Assembly (NCBI GenBank): GCA_963633805.1
Contig: CAVGZD010000001.1
Location: 48,150-112,149, forward strand
Length of the DNA: 64,000 nucleotides
Source of the DNA: Lachnospiraceae bacterium
GTDB taxonomy: Bacteria > Bacillota > Clostridia > Lachnospirales > Anaerotignaceae
Direction of reading: 5' to 3'
The position numbers and the translations under genes were made by a program. This document shows positions 49,955 to 60,610 of the stretch, in pieces. Within the stretch, counting starts at the first letter, position 1; every line of letters starts with the position of its first letter. The notes beneath the pieces were generated by a model. It made no database searches and had not been told where the DNA came from. It worked only from the letters and a program-made list of their open reading frames with translations.

Positions 49955-50257
49955 ATGTTTTTTGAAAAGCTGACGGAGGAGCAGATTCGGGAGGTCATGA
50001 ACGTTATTTCGGATGACGGCGAGCTGACGATTCTGAAAATCCGCACCTATGACAATAGCTTTGACGATGCTGTGGCGGTGTCCAATGTGCCGGAGGTGAC
50101 GGCGAAATTTCAGGAGGATATCGAGACGTACCAGCTTTATGATTATCACATCCGCGGGAAGAATCGCGCGGGCGCGGGATCGGATTATGTCTACCGCAAG
50201 CTGATGTACGGCTGGTTTGGGGATGCATATGCCATCCAATATCTGATGGAATACTAA
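49955..50257 (+). CDS. Hypothetical protein, paralog A
   Basis: AGGAGG RBS; sequence similarity to the next ORF. Confidence 0.8.
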   Translation: MFFEKLTEEQIREVMNVISDDGELTILKIRTYDNSFDDAVAVSNVPEVTAKFQEDIETYQLYDYHIRGKNRAGAGSDYVYRKLMYGWFGDAYAIQYLMEY

Positions 50258-50270
50258 GGAGGGCTTGGAG

Positions 50271-50546
50271 ATGTATGCAAAAAAATTGAAGGATGCGGAG
50301 ATTTTGCAGGTCATGCGTGCGATTTCCGACCCGGACTGCGAGATCGTGGATATTTTCCGCAAGGTGACTGATCCGGAGGTCATCATCAATTCGCAGGATA
50401 TGCAGGAGCATTATGTGCTGCATGATTATGATATTGAGGGCTTCGATTATCTGCCGGAGGATTCCACGCGGATTTATCGCAGGGAGATGTTGAAAATTTT
50501 TGGCGCAAAATACGCAGAAGACTATATGTTTAGAGGAACGAGATGA
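50271..50546 (+). CDS. Hypothetical protein, paralog B
   Basis: AAGGAGG RBS (alternative TTG start at 50265); stop overlaps the queA ATG; similar to paralog A. Confidence 0.8.
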   Translation: MYAKKLKDAEILQVMRAISDPDCEIVDIFRKVTDPEVIINSQDMQEHYVLHDYDIEGFDYLPEDSTRIYRREMLKIFGAKYAEDYMFRGTR

Positions 50547-51595
50547 AAACGAGCGATTTTTATTTTGAATTACCCGAGGAATTGATTGCGCAGGAGCCGC
50601 TGGCTGACCGCGCCGCAAGCCGCCTGATGGTGGTGCATCAAAACGGTAGGCGGGAGCATCGGCATTTTCGGGATATCAAGGAATATTTGCGGGCGGGGGA
50701 CTGCCTTGTGCTCAATGACACAAAGGTTCTGCCCGCTAGATTATACGGTGAGCGCGTCGGCACGGGCGCGGCAATGGAGATTCTGCTTTTGGTGCGCCGC
50801 GATCTGGATACATGGGAGGTTCTGGTGCGCCCCGGCAAAAAGGCGAAGCCCGGCGACCGCATTTCCTTCCATGATGGCAGATTGGTCGCGGAGGTGCTTG
50901 AGGTCATTGAGGGCGGCAACCGCATTGTGAAATTTGAATATGACGGCGTGTTTGAGGAAATTCTGGATGAGCTGGGCGAAATGCCCCTGCCGCCCTATAT
51001 CACCCATAAGCTGGAGGATAAAAACCGCTATCAGACGGTTTATGCGCGCTGCGAAGGCTCTGCGGCTGCGCCCACGGCGGGGCTGCATTTTACGCCGGAG
51101 CTTTTGCGGGAGATTGAAGAGATGGGGGTCAAAATCGCCCATGTGACGCTGCATGTTGGGCTGGGGACGTTTCGCCCCGTGAAGGTGGAGAACGTGCTCG
51201 ATCATGAGATGCATTCGGAATTTTATGTGGTAGAGCCGGAGCAGGCGGCGATCATCAACGAGGCGAAGCAAAGCGGCGGACGCGTTATCGCCGTGGGGAC
51301 GACCAGCACCCGCACGCTGGAATCGGTCGCGGATGAAAACGGGCGCATACAGGCGGGCAGCGGCTGGACGAAAATTTTCATCTACCCCGGCTATCACTTC
51401 CGCGCGGTGGATTGCTTGGTGACGAATTTCCATCTGCCGGAATCGACGCTGATTATGCTCGTTTCGGCATTGATGGGGAAGGAATTGGTGATGGAATCCT
51501 ATCGGGAGGCGGTGGAGCAGGGCTACCGCTTCTTCAGCTTCGGGGACGCCTGCCTGTTTTTGACGGAGAAGGTGCAGGAAAATGGATCTGTTTGA
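50543..51595 (+). CDS. queA: S-adenosylmethionine:tRNA ribosyltransferase-isomerase
   Basis: [50 protein letters not shown]. Confidence 0.98.
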   Translation: MKTSDFYFELPEELIAQEPLADRAASRLMVVHQNGRREHRHFRDIKEYLRAGDCLVLNDTKVLPARLYGERVGTGAAMEILLLVRRDLDTWEVLVRPGKKAKPGDRISFHDGRLVAEVLEVIEGGNRIVKFEYDGVFEEILDELGEMPLPPYITHKLEDKNRYQTVYARCEGSAAAPTAGLHFTPELLREIEEMGVKIAHVTLHVGLGTFRPVKVENVLDHEMHSEFYVVEPEQAAIINEAKQSGGRVIAVGTTSTRTLESVADENGRIQAGSGWTKIFIYPGYHFRAVDCLVTNFHLPESTLIMLVSALMGKELVMESYREAVEQGYRFFSFGDACLFLTEKVQENGSV

Positions 51596-52898
51596 ATATA
51601 ACCGCAGCCTGCAGGGCGGCAAGGAAGCCCCGCTTGCGGCGCGGATGCGCCCGACGAGCTTGGAGGAATTTGTTGGGCAGGCGCATATCGTCGGGAAGGG
51701 AAAGCTGCTTTATCGCGCGATCCAGAGCGATCGGCTCAGCTCCGTTATTTTCTACGGTCCGCCCGGCACGGGAAAAACGACGCTGGCGAAGATCATCGCC
51801 AATACGACCAAGGGCGCATTTCGCCAACTGAATGCGACAACGGCTGGCGTGAAGGATATCAAGGATACGGTCGCGGATGCGAAGGCTGAGCTGGGAATGT
51901 ACGGCAGGAAAACCATTCTTTTTATCGATGAGATTCACCGCTTCAATAAAAGCCAGCAGGACGCGCTTTTGCCCCATGTGGAGGACGGTACGGTCATTCT
52001 GATCGGCGCGACCACGGAAAATCCCTATTTTGAGGTCAATAAGGCGTTGGTGTCGCGATCCATCATTTTTGAGCTGCATCCCTTAGAGGAAAAGGACATT
52101 CGTGCGCTGCTGGAACGCGCATTGACAGATATTGAACGAGGCATGGGTGCGTATCATGCCAAGATGGATGAGGACGCACTGGTCTTTCTTGCCAATACGG
52201 CAAATGGGGATGCCCGTGTTGCGCTCAATGCGCTGGAATTGGCTGTTTTGACGACAGAGCCGGAGTGCGGCAGGCTGCATATTACGCTGAAAATTGCGGA
52301 GGACTGCATCCAGAAGCGCGCGCTGAATTATGATAAGGATGGGGATAATCATTATGATACGATCTCCGCCTTTATCAAGAGTATGCGCGGCTCAGACCCG
52401 GATGCCGCCCTGTATTATCTGGCGAAGATGATCTATGCCGGGGAGGACCCGCGCTTTATCGCCAGAAGAGTGGTCATTTGCGCTTCGGAGGATGTCGGCA
52501 ATGCCGATCCGCACGCCTTGCAGGTGGCAGTGGCGGCGATGGAGGCAGTGAACTTTGTCGGTATGCCGGAGGGACAGATTCCCCTGGCGCAGGCCGTGTC
52601 CTATATCGCCTGTGCGCCCAAGAGCAATGCGGCTTATATGGGGCTGGAAAAGGCGCTCTCCGATGTGCAGACGAAGCGCATCAAGACCGTCCCCCCGCAT
52701 TTGAAGGACGCGCATTACGGCGGCTCGCAGGAGCTGGGGCACGGCATCGGCTATAAATATGCGCATGACTACCCCGGGCATTATGTCAAGCAGCAATATC
52801 TGCCGGATGAGCTGGTGGGGACGGTGTATTATGAGCCAACGGAAAATGGCGTGGAACGCCGCATCGGGGAGCATCTGCGCAGACTGAGAGGGGAGTGA
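51582..52898 (+). CDS. rarA: Replication-associated recombination protein A (MgsA)
   Basis: [50 protein letters not shown]. Confidence 0.96.
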   Translation: MDLFEYNRSLQGGKEAPLAARMRPTSLEEFVGQAHIVGKGKLLYRAIQSDRLSSVIFYGPPGTGKTTLAKIIANTTKGAFRQLNATTAGVKDIKDTVADAKAELGMYGRKTILFIDEIHRFNKSQQDALLPHVEDGTVILIGATTENPYFEVNKALVSRSIIFELHPLEEKDIRALLERALTDIERGMGAYHAKMDEDALVFLANTANGDARVALNALELAVLTTEPECGRLHITLKIAEDCIQKRALNYDKDGDNHYDTISAFIKSMRGSDPDAALYYLAKMIYAGEDPRFIARRVVICASEDVGNADPHALQVAVAAMEAVNFVGMPEGQIPLAQAVSYIACAPKSNAAYMGLEKALSDVQTKRIKTVPPHLKDAHYGGSQELGHGIGYKYAHDYPGHYVKQQYLPDELVGTVYYEPTENGVERRIGEHLRRLRGE

Positions 52899-52901
52899 AT
52901 A

Positions 52902-53204
52902 ATGCAGAAGAAGCTGTACAGACTGTTAGATGAGAATGGCAGGGAATATCTGTCGGAACAAAAGGGAACGCTGGGAGGAAATGGCAAGGCGAAAATCTAT
53001 GGAAGATTGGATTGTCCTGCTGCGCTGAGGGCGATCAGTTGTCCGACAAAGGCCGTGTATATAGAAAGCAGAGTATTTTTTTCAGATGAAAAAACCGCAT
53101 TTGCTGCAGGATATCGCCCCTGCGGAACTTGCATGAGGGAACATTATAAACTGTGGAAGGAAGGAAAACTCGCCGCATTTCTTTGTACACAGGATACAGA
53201 ATGA
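52902..53204 (+). CDS. Stand-alone Ada metal-binding-domain-like protein
   Basis: KIYGRLDC...RVFF..E..A..AGYRPCGTC. Confidence 0.8.
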   Translation: MQKKLYRLLDENGREYLSEQKGTLGGNGKAKIYGRLDCPAALRAISCPTKAVYIESRVFFSDEKTAFAAGYRPCGTCMREHYKLWKEGKLAAFLCTQDTE

Positions 53205-53284
53205 GATGCTGTTCCTGGCTTTCTTCGCGGAAGAAAAACCTTGACTTTCCGCTGGGCTATGATAGAATATAGACATTGAGATTT

Positions 53285-53535
53285 TGCAAACGACTGTGAA
53301 GATGAAAAGTACGCAGACAAGCTGCGATAGAGAGAGGGCTTTCGGGTATCCGAGCTGCAAGAGCCCTTCGTATGCGAAGCTGAGGAAGTTCCCATCGGAG
53401 TCGGCTGCCTGAACAGACAAGAAAGAGAGTAGGGCAGTCCGTTTCATGCACGTTACGCATCAGAGAGCCTGTGTTTGCAGGAATTTGGGTGGTACCGCGA
53501 GTCTTCGTCCCTTTGTGGAGGAAGGCTTTTTTTGT
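53285..53535 (+). promoter_or_regulatory. T-box riboswitch (Phe) upstream of pheST
   Basis: AGTA and AGAGA/GCTG stem I motifs, specifier TTC at about 53389-53391, T-box AATTTGGGTGGTACCGCG 53482-53499, terminator with T run; promoter TTGACT..TAGAAT 53241-53268. Confidence 0.93.
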
Positions 53536-53576
53536 TCACGTTTGTTTGCGGAAAGGATCAAAAGGAGAGGAGAAAA

Positions 53577-54599
53577 ATGATGAAGGACAAGCTGAAATCA
53601 ATTCATGATGCCGCGCTTGCAGCATTCAAGGAAGCGGATAAAATCAAGGCTCTGGACGAGCTGAAGGTAAAATATTTGGGCAAGAAGGGCGAACTGACGG
53701 CGATTTTGAAGGAGATGGGCAAGCTCTCCCCAGAGGAACGCCCCATCATCGGTCAGCTGGCGAATGACGTCAGAGCGGACATCGAGAAAATGCTGGAGGC
53801 AAGCAAAAAACGTCTGGAGGCGGCTGAGCTGGCTAGACAGCTGGAGACGGAGAAGATCGATGTGACCATGCCCGGCAAGGAAAGACCCGAGGGGCATAAG
53901 CACCCCATGAGCATCGTCATTGATGAGATTTGCAATATTTTCATGGGCATGGGCTACGAGGTTGCGGACGGCCCGGAGGTCGAGAAGGATTACTACAATT
54001 TTGAAGCGCTGAATATCCCCGCAAACCATCCCGCGAAGGACGAGCAGGACACCTTCTATATCAACGGCGATATCCTGCTGCGGACGCAGACCTCTCCCGT
54101 GCAGGTGCGCACAATGGAGAAGGGCAAGCTGCCGATCCGCATGGTCTGCCCCGGCGCGGTATATCGTTCCGATGAGGTGGATGCAACGCATTCGCCCGTG
54201 TTCCATCAGCTTGAGGGCATGGTGATTGATGAGGGCGTTACGATGGGCGATCTGAAGGGCGCGCTGGCGGTTTTCGCGAAGGAGCTGTTCGGCGAGGATA
54301 CGAAGGTTCGTTTCCGTCCGCACCATTTCCCCTTCACAGAACCCAGCGCGGAGATGGACGTTACCTGCTTTGCCTGCGGCGGGGAAGGCTGCCGCGTCTG
54401 CAAGGGCGAGGGCTATATCGAGCTTTTGGGCTGCGGCATGGTGCATCCGAAGGTATTGAAGATGAGCGGCATCGATCCGGAGAAATACAGCGGTTTTGCT
54501 TTCGGCATGGGCTTGGAGCGCGTGGCGATGCAGCGTTACGGCATCACGGACCTGCGTTTGCTATTTGAAAATGATATGAAGTTCCTGAAGCAGTTCTAA
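53577..54599 (+). CDS. pheS: Phenylalanine--tRNA ligase alpha subunit
   Basis: HPA.D.QDTFY, LRTQTSP, FHQ.EG, FPFTEPS, GFAFG.G.ER. Confidence 0.98.
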   Translation: MMKDKLKSIHDAALAAFKEADKIKALDELKVKYLGKKGELTAILKEMGKLSPEERPIIGQLANDVRADIEKMLEASKKRLEAAELARQLETEKIDVTMPGKERPEGHKHPMSIVIDEICNIFMGMGYEVADGPEVEKDYYNFEALNIPANHPAKDEQDTFYINGDILLRTQTSPVQVRTMEKGKLPIRMVCPGAVYRSDEVDATHSPVFHQLEGMVIDEGVTMGDLKGALAVFAKELFGEDTKVRFRPHHFPFTEPSAEMDVTCFACGGEGCRVCKGEGYIELLGCGMVHPKVLKMSGIDPEKYSGFAFGMGLERVAMQRYGITDLRLLFENDMKFLKQF

Positions 54600-54805
54600 G
54601 ACCGCTAAGACCGTGGGGCTTTGCCCCGCCGCCCCACAAGGGGATTCTCCCCTTGACCCGACTGCCGGAAAGCTGCGCGATGTGTGGGGAAATGGGGAAT
54701 TTGAGCGATAAACAGGTGTTTGATTGCAATAGATAATGCAAAAGAGATTGCTTTTGCAAGCGTTTGAGGACGCTGTTCTCGAAAAAAGAAAGGAGAGTTA
54801 ATTTC

Positions 54806-57205
54806 ATGGACGTACCTATGTCTTGGATGAAGGAATATGCGCCCGTTACGGCGGATATTAAGGATTTTATTGAAGATATTACGCTGACAGGCTCGAAGGT
54901 TGAGGGATATACCACCGTTGCGGGGGAGATCAAGAACGTCGTGACGGGCTGCATCAAGGCGATCGAGAAGCATCCGCATGCGGATAAGCTGGTGGTCTGC
55001 ACGATCGATGCGGGTCAGGGCAAGGATTTGACGATCGTTACCGGTGCACCCAATGTGCGGGTAGGGGACTATGTGCCCGTTGCACTGGACGGTGCAGTGA
55101 TCGCAGGCGGCAAGGAGATCCACACCGGCGATCTGCGCGGCGTTACCTCCGAGGGCATGCTCTGCTCCATCGAGGAATTGGGCTGTGACAGACATGATTT
55201 CCCCGAAGCGCCCGAATACGGCATTTATATTTTCTCTGCGCCCGTGGAGTTGGGCAAGGATATCGTAGAGGTGCTGGATCTGCGCGATGAGGTCGTGGAA
55301 TATGAGATCACATCCAACAGACCCGACTGCTTCTCCGTTTTGGGTATCGCAAGAGAAGCGGCGGCAACCTATGACATCCCCTTCCGTTATCCCGAGATCG
55401 CGGTGAAGGAGGAAGCGGCAGGTAAAGCCGAGGATTACGTAAAGGTTACGATCGAAAATGCCACGCTTTGCCCCAGATATGCGGCAAGGGTCATCAAGGA
55501 TGTCAAAATCGAGCCTTCGCCCCGCTGGATGCGCAAAAGACTGCGTACGGCGGGCGTGCGTCCCATCAATAATATTGTTGATATTACAAACTATGTGATG
55601 CTGGAAATGGGGCAGCCGATGCATGCCTTCTCTATCGAGACCATCAAGGACAGCCACATCATCGTCAGAAATGCGCATGAGGGCGAGACGATCACGACGC
55701 TGGATGGACAGCTTCGTCAGCTGGATCCGTCCATGCTGGTGATTGCCGACCCCGAAAAGGCGGTTGCGATTGCTGGCGTAATGGGCGGCGAAAATTCCAT
55801 GATCGTAGAGGGTTCTCAGGCGGTTTTGTTTGAATCCGCAAATTTTGACGGTCCCAATGTGCGTATCACAGCGAAGAAGGTCGGTCTGCGCACGGATGCG
55901 TCCAGTAAATTTGAAAAGGGGCTCGACCCCAATCTGGCACTGGAGGCGGTCAATCGCGCGGCGCAGCTGGTGGAGCTTTTGGGTGCGGGCAAGGTTGTTT
56001 CCGGCGTTGTGGATGAATATCCCAACAAAAGAACGCCTTGGGAGTTGACATACGATCCCGCTTGGATCAACAAATTCATCGGCATCCATATTTCCGAGGA
56101 GGAAATGCAGAGAATTTTTGAAAAGATCGAGCTGAAGGTCGATCCTGCGCGCCATGTGGTGATGGTTCCGACATTCCGTCCCGACTTGGAATCGCAGGCG
56201 GATCTGGCAGAGGAAATCGCGCGTTTCTACGGTTACAACAAAATTGAAGCAACGCTGGCGAGCGGTACGCCCACGGTCGGCAAAAAGACCTATGAGCAGA
56301 ATATCACGGCGTTGGTGAAGGATACGGCGATCGCGGACGGTCTTTGCGAAGCGATGACCTACAGCTTCGAAAGCCCGAAGGTATTCGATAAGCTGCTGAT
56401 CCCCGCGGACAGCAAGCTGCGCGAAGCCATCACGATCTCCAACCCCTTGGGCGAGGATTTCTCCATCATGAGAACGGTTTCCTTCAACGGCATCCTAAAT
56501 TCTCTGGCGACCAATTACAACAGAAGAAACGAAAGTGCGGGCTTATTCGAGATTGCGAAGGTATATATCCCGAAGGCACTGCCCTTGGTGGAGCTGCCGC
56601 ATGAAATCCCCACGCTGACCATCGGCATGTACGGCAATATGGATTTCTATGACCTGAAGGGTATCATTGAGCATCTGACGCATGTTCTGGGTATGGGCGA
56701 TATTGTGGAATATGTGACCGAAAAGACACTGCCTTGGATGCACCCCGGCAGAACGGCTTCCGTTCTGGCGAAGGGCGAGAGCATCGGCTATCTGGGTGAG
56801 CTGCATCCTACGGTTGCAAAAAATTACGGCATCGGCACGAAGGCATATCTTGCCGTGCTGGATATGGAAAAGCTGGCGGCAAATGCAAACCGCGATGTGA
56901 TCTACCGTGCATTGCCGAAATTCCCTGCGATCACGAGAGATATCGCTATGCTGGTGGACGAGGACGTTACCGTTAAGGAAATTGCGGACTGCATCAAGAA
57001 AAACGGCGGCGCATATCTGGAGGAGGCTAAGCTCTTCGACGTATATCAGGGCGCACAGGTCGGCGCAGGCAAGAAATCCGTGGCATACTCCATTACCTTC
57101 CGCAGCGCAGACAAAACGCTGTCGGATGCGGATATTGCGGATGCGATGGATGCGATCTTGGGCGCGCTGTCCAAGGAGCTGGGCGCACAGCTGAGAGATA
57201 AATAA
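54806..57205 (+). CDS. pheT: Phenylalanine--tRNA ligase beta subunit
   Basis: HPHADKL, NRPDC, INNIVDITNY, FEKG.D, HPGRTA, FDVY.G. Confidence 0.98.
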   Translation: MDVPMSWMKEYAPVTADIKDFIEDITLTGSKVEGYTTVAGEIKNVVTGCIKAIEKHPHADKLVVCTIDAGQGKDLTIVTGAPNVRVGDYVPVALDGAVIAGGKEIHTGDLRGVTSEGMLCSIEELGCDRHDFPEAPEYGIYIFSAPVELGKDIVEVLDLRDEVVEYEITSNRPDCFSVLGIAREAAATYDIPFRYPEIAVKEEAAGKAEDYVKVTIENATLCPRYAARVIKDVKIEPSPRWMRKRLRTAGVRPINNIVDITNYVMLEMGQPMHAFSIETIKDSHIIVRNAHEGETITTLDGQLRQLDPSMLVIADPEKAVAIAGVMGGENSMIVEGSQAVLFESANFDGPNVRITAKKVGLRTDASSKFEKGLDPNLALEAVNRAAQLVELLGAGKVVSGVVDEYPNKRTPWELTYDPAWINKFIGIHISEEEMQRIFEKIELKVDPARHVVMVPTFRPDLESQADLAEEIARFYGYNKIEATLASGTPTVGKKTYEQNITALVKDTAIADGLCEAMTYSFESPKVFDKLLIPADSKLREAITISNPLGEDFSIMRTVSFNGILNSLATNYNRRNESAGLFEIAKVYIPKALPLVELPHEIPTLTIGMYGNMDFYDLKGIIEHLTHVLGMGDIVEYVTEKTLPWMHPGRTASVLAKGESIGYLGELHPTVAKNYGIGTKAYLAVLDMEKLAANANRDVIYRALPKFPAITRDIAMLVDEDVTVKEIADCIKKNGGAYLEEAKLFDVYQGAQVGAGKKSVAYSITFRSADKTLSDADIADAMDAILGALSKELGAQLRDK

Positions 57206-57243
57206 AAATCCGTTTGGCGAAATAAAAAAAGGTAAAATTCTAA

Positions 57244-57408
57244 GCAGGCTCCGCTTAAGGAACCATTGTGTTTGCATTTGTTGATCTCTTAAGCGGAACT
57301 GCGAGCGACGATCCAAATAAGAAAACAAATATTTTTCAAGGGAAATGCCGTAAGCCATTGCAAAACAAGGCTTTACGGCATTTCAATGTTTTCTTGTTTG
57401 GACGCGCC
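57244..57408 (-). repeat. Composite copy of the repeat family inside a bidirectional terminator
   Basis: GCAGGCTCCGCTTAAG..CTTAAGCGGAACTGC unit plus TCCAAATAAGAAAACA..central hairpin..TGTTTTCTTGTTTGGA unit, flanked by GGTAAAATTCTAA / TTAGAATTTTACC. Confidence 0.8.
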
Positions 57409-57428
57409 TTAGAATTTTACCCTTTTTC

Positions 57429-58297
57429 TTATCCGTCCTCCAGCATTTTTTTCAGAAATGCCTCCGCTGCCTTGGAAAACATTGCGTAGCGTTTCCAGAT
57501 CAGCGCGTAGTGGATTTCCAGCGGCGGCTCAAGCGGTCGAAAGCAGACGCTTTGCTCCAGCACGGAGGGCAGAAGATCCTCCGTCGTCAGATAATAGCCC
57601 AGACCGCTTTTGACGAAGCGTTCCGGTGAGCCGCTGATGACATTATAGGTGGCGGCGATATCTAGCTTGCCGATGTCCGTTTTCGCCCAATGGGAGATCA
57701 GATGCTGCAAGGCGGTTCTGCGATGAAAGACCAGCGGCATTGCGGACAGGTCGGCTCTCCGCACACTGTTTTTCTCTGCAAGTGTGCAGTCTGTGGGCAT
57801 CAGCACGCCCCAACGGGAGGAATCCGGCAGGGAAAGATATTCAATTTCGCGCTGTCGATCGGCTCTAGCACGATGGCAAAGTCCAAGCTGCCATGCTCTA
57901 AGCGTTCCAATACGTCGATTGCATCGCTGCCATAGAATTGAAAGCGGATATCGGGCTGCTCGCTGCGGATGGCGGCAGCGGCATGGAGTATGGTGGTAGT
58001 TGCCGTGCCGCCGATGGCGACCTCGCCGACGATACTTGCAGCATCTGCGCACAGCTCCCGTTCCGTCCGTTCCATCAGCGTGACGATCTCCTCCGCGCAC
58101 TTGCGCAGCAAAACGCCGTCCTCTGTCAGCGTGACCTTCCGCTTGCCGCGGATCAGAAGCTGCTTCCCAAGCTCCTGCTCCAGCTCCATCAGCTGCGTGG
58201 AGAGGGAAGGCTGGGAAATATGCAGGCTTTCCGCGGCTCTTGTGATATTTTCCTCTCTTGCGACCGCAAGAAAATAGCGAAGCAGTCGAATTTCCAT
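57429..58297 (-). pseudogene. LysR-family regulator with a 1-bp frameshift
   Basis: N-terminal LRYF..VA.E..ITRAA..LHISQP.LS HTH (58297-57845) continues in another frame as EYLSLP...WGVLM; one base missing at about 57843-57844. Confidence 0.88.
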
Positions 58298-58450
58298 TTT
58301 TTCACCTCAAGGTCAGTATAGCCGTCGCTATCATTCCTGTCAACTATGGTAATTCATTCTGCATGGGTATTTGATATTGCTTTAGGGAGGTTTTATACTG
58401 TCCGAGAGGAAGATGAAAAAAGTTGAAAAAATGGAGAAGGAAGAAGTAAA

Positions 58451-59836
58451 ATGGAAATGACAAGAAGAAAACGGCAGCTTGATATGTTACATGGCCCGAT
58501 TTGGAACAAGCTGCCTCAATTTGCGCTCCCCGTTGCGGCGACGGCAATCTTGGAGCAGCTTTTCAATGCATCGGATATCGCCATTGTCGGCAATTTTACG
58601 GGCGCGGGCAAAACCATCGCTGTTGCGGCGGTCGGGGCGAATAGCTCGATTATTGCGCTGATCGTCAATCTCTTTGTCGGCGTCGCGCTGGGGGCAAATG
58701 TCGTCATTGCGAACGCCATCGGGCGGGAGGATCAGGAGGGTGTGCAAAAGGCGGTGCATACCGCCATCGTGCTGGGTTTTTTCGGCGGCATTCTGGTGAC
58801 TATACTGGGGGAGCTTGTGGCAGGACCGCTACTGCGCTCGCTGCATGTGCCGGATGATGTATTCCCACAGGCTTTGCTCTATCTGCGGATCTATCTGCTG
58901 GGCATGCCCGTGATTTTGCTCTATAATTTCGAGGCTGCCATTTTTCGCAGCATCGGGGATACGAAAATTCCGCTGATCGCGCTGGCGATCTCTGGTGTGC
59001 TGAATGTGCTGCTGAATCTGTTTTTTGTCACCGTGCTGCATATGACGGTAAATGGCGTTGCGATTGCCACGGTGCTTGCCAATGCGGTCAGCTCTATGCT
59101 GCTGCTGCGCCACCTGCTCAATACGCAGGAGCGTATTCGCGTGGAGTGGTGCTTGCTGTGGATCGACAAAAAGGCATTTCTGCGCATCATCAAAATCGGT
59201 CTGCCGGCAGGGATTCAGGGCGCGGTGTTCGCAGTGTCCAATATCGTGATCCAGTCGGCGATCAACAGCCTTGGCACGGTCGTTATGGCGGCGTCCAGTG
59301 CGGCATATAATATCGAAATTTTTGCTTATGATGTGATGAATTCCTTCAGTCAGGCATGCACAACCTTTGTCGGACAAAACTTTGGCGCGGGGCAGATAAA
59401 ACGCTGCCGCAAGACGCTTGCGCTTTGTCTTGTGGAGGATTTTATCGCTTCTGTGGCGGCGATTGGGCTGGTTTTGCTCATCGGTAAGCAGCTGCTGGCG
59501 ATTTTCAATAACGACCCAGAGGTCGTTGCGATCGGCTATACGCGGCTTGTAATGGTATTTTCCGCATATATTTTCAGTATGTGCTATGAGGTGATGAGCG
59601 GCTATCTGCGCGGCTTCGGCATTTCGCTTGTGCCCGCGATCCTGACGACCGTTGGCGTTTGCGGCATTCGTATTACATGGATTCATTTTGTGTTCCCGCA
59701 GAGCAGCACCTTCCGGACGATCATGACGGTTTATCCCGTCAGCCTGTCCGCAACGGCAGGGCTGATTCTGATTGCGCTTTTGTGCTATCATCCCTCGCGC
59801 CGCTTTGCCTATCTGCAAAAGCCGGAGGAAACGTAA
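58451..59836 (+). CDS. MATE family efflux transporter
   Basis: FALP...LEQLFN.SD..IVG, R..GD.K.PL, N..LN.FF, GVAIAT, GQN.GA. Confidence 0.94.
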   Translation: MEMTRRKRQLDMLHGPIWNKLPQFALPVAATAILEQLFNASDIAIVGNFTGAGKTIAVAAVGANSSIIALIVNLFVGVALGANVVIANAIGREDQEGVQKAVHTAIVLGFFGGILVTILGELVAGPLLRSLHVPDDVFPQALLYLRIYLLGMPVILLYNFEAAIFRSIGDTKIPLIALAISGVLNVLLNLFFVTVLHMTVNGVAIATVLANAVSSMLLLRHLLNTQERIRVEWCLLWIDKKAFLRIIKIGLPAGIQGAVFAVSNIVIQSAINSLGTVVMAASSAAYNIEIFAYDVMNSFSQACTTFVGQNFGAGQIKRCRKTLALCLVEDFIASVAAIGLVLLIGKQLLAIFNNDPEVVAIGYTRLVMVFSAYIFSMCYEVMSGYLRGFGISLVPAILTTVGVCGIRITWIHFVFPQSSTFRTIMTVYPVSLSATAGLILIALLCYHPSRRFAYLQKPEET

Positions 59837-59843
59837 TTTCATG

Positions 59844-59885
59844 GAAGAAGGGCTGTCGCGGCTATTTGCCGGGCAGCCTTTTTTT
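59844..59885 (+). terminator. Terminator after MATE
   Basis: GGGCTGTC.CGGC / GCCG.GCAGCC followed by a T7 run. Confidence 0.7.
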
Positions 59886-59906
59886 GTAGAAATTTCGAGG
59901 GAATAC

Positions 59907-59961
59907 TTGACATCCGCATGAATTCGAGTAGAATATAACAGTGTGATATAACAATGTTATA
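59907..59961 (+). promoter_or_regulatory. TetR gene promoter with tandem palindromic operators
   Basis: TTGACA-16-TAGAAT, then ATAACAGTGTGAT (59935-59947) and ATAACAATGTTAT (59948-59960). Confidence 0.7.
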
Positions 59962-59971
59962 AGAGGTGGCT

Positions 59972-60589
59972 ATGGGAGAGACGGAGAAAAATACACATGA
60001 GCTCATATTGGATGCAGCCAAGGCGGAATTTCTGGAAAAGGGCTTTCAGAATGCGTCCCTGCGCAGCATCGTCAAGGCGGCAGGAGTGACGACAGGTGCG
60101 CTCTACGGCTATTATGGCAGCAAGGAGGCGCTTTTTGATGCCTTGGTGCAGGAATGCTATGAGCATTTTATGTCTACCTATCAGGCTGCGCTGGATACCT
60201 TTGCGCAGCTGCCTCCGGAGGAACAGCCGGAGCATATGGGCGAGATCAGCAGCGCTTGCATGCGGGATTTGCTGCACTATATGTACGCGCATCGGGACGC
60301 ATTTCATCTATTGCTGCTGCATTCGGCGGGCACACGCTATGCGGCTATGGTTGATGAAATCGTTGCGCTGGAGGTTACGGCAACGCATCGTTATTATGCT
60401 GTGCTGGCGCGATTGGGGCTGGCTGCGCCGCAGATCGACAGCCGCTTGGAGCATATCCTGGTGACGGGGCTGATGAATGCCTATTTTGAAATGATCATCC
60501 ATGATATGCCGCAGGAGGATGCGCAGCTTTATCTGCGGGAGCTACACGAGTTTTATACGGCGGGCTGGACGAAAATTATGGGGCAGTGA
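59972..60589 (+). CDS. TetR/AcrR family regulator
   Basis: ILDAAK.EF.EKGF..ASLR.I...AGVTTGALY.YY.SKE.LF. Confidence 0.94.
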   Translation: MGETEKNTHELILDAAKAEFLEKGFQNASLRSIVKAAGVTTGALYGYYGSKEALFDALVQECYEHFMSTYQAALDTFAQLPPEEQPEHMGEISSACMRDLLHYMYAHRDAFHLLLLHSAGTRYAAMVDEIVALEVTATHRYYAVLARLGLAAPQIDSRLEHILVTGLMNAYFEMIIHDMPQEDAQLYLRELHEFYTAGWTKIMGQ

Positions 60590-60610
60590 CGCTCCATATT
60601 TTTGGAGGCA

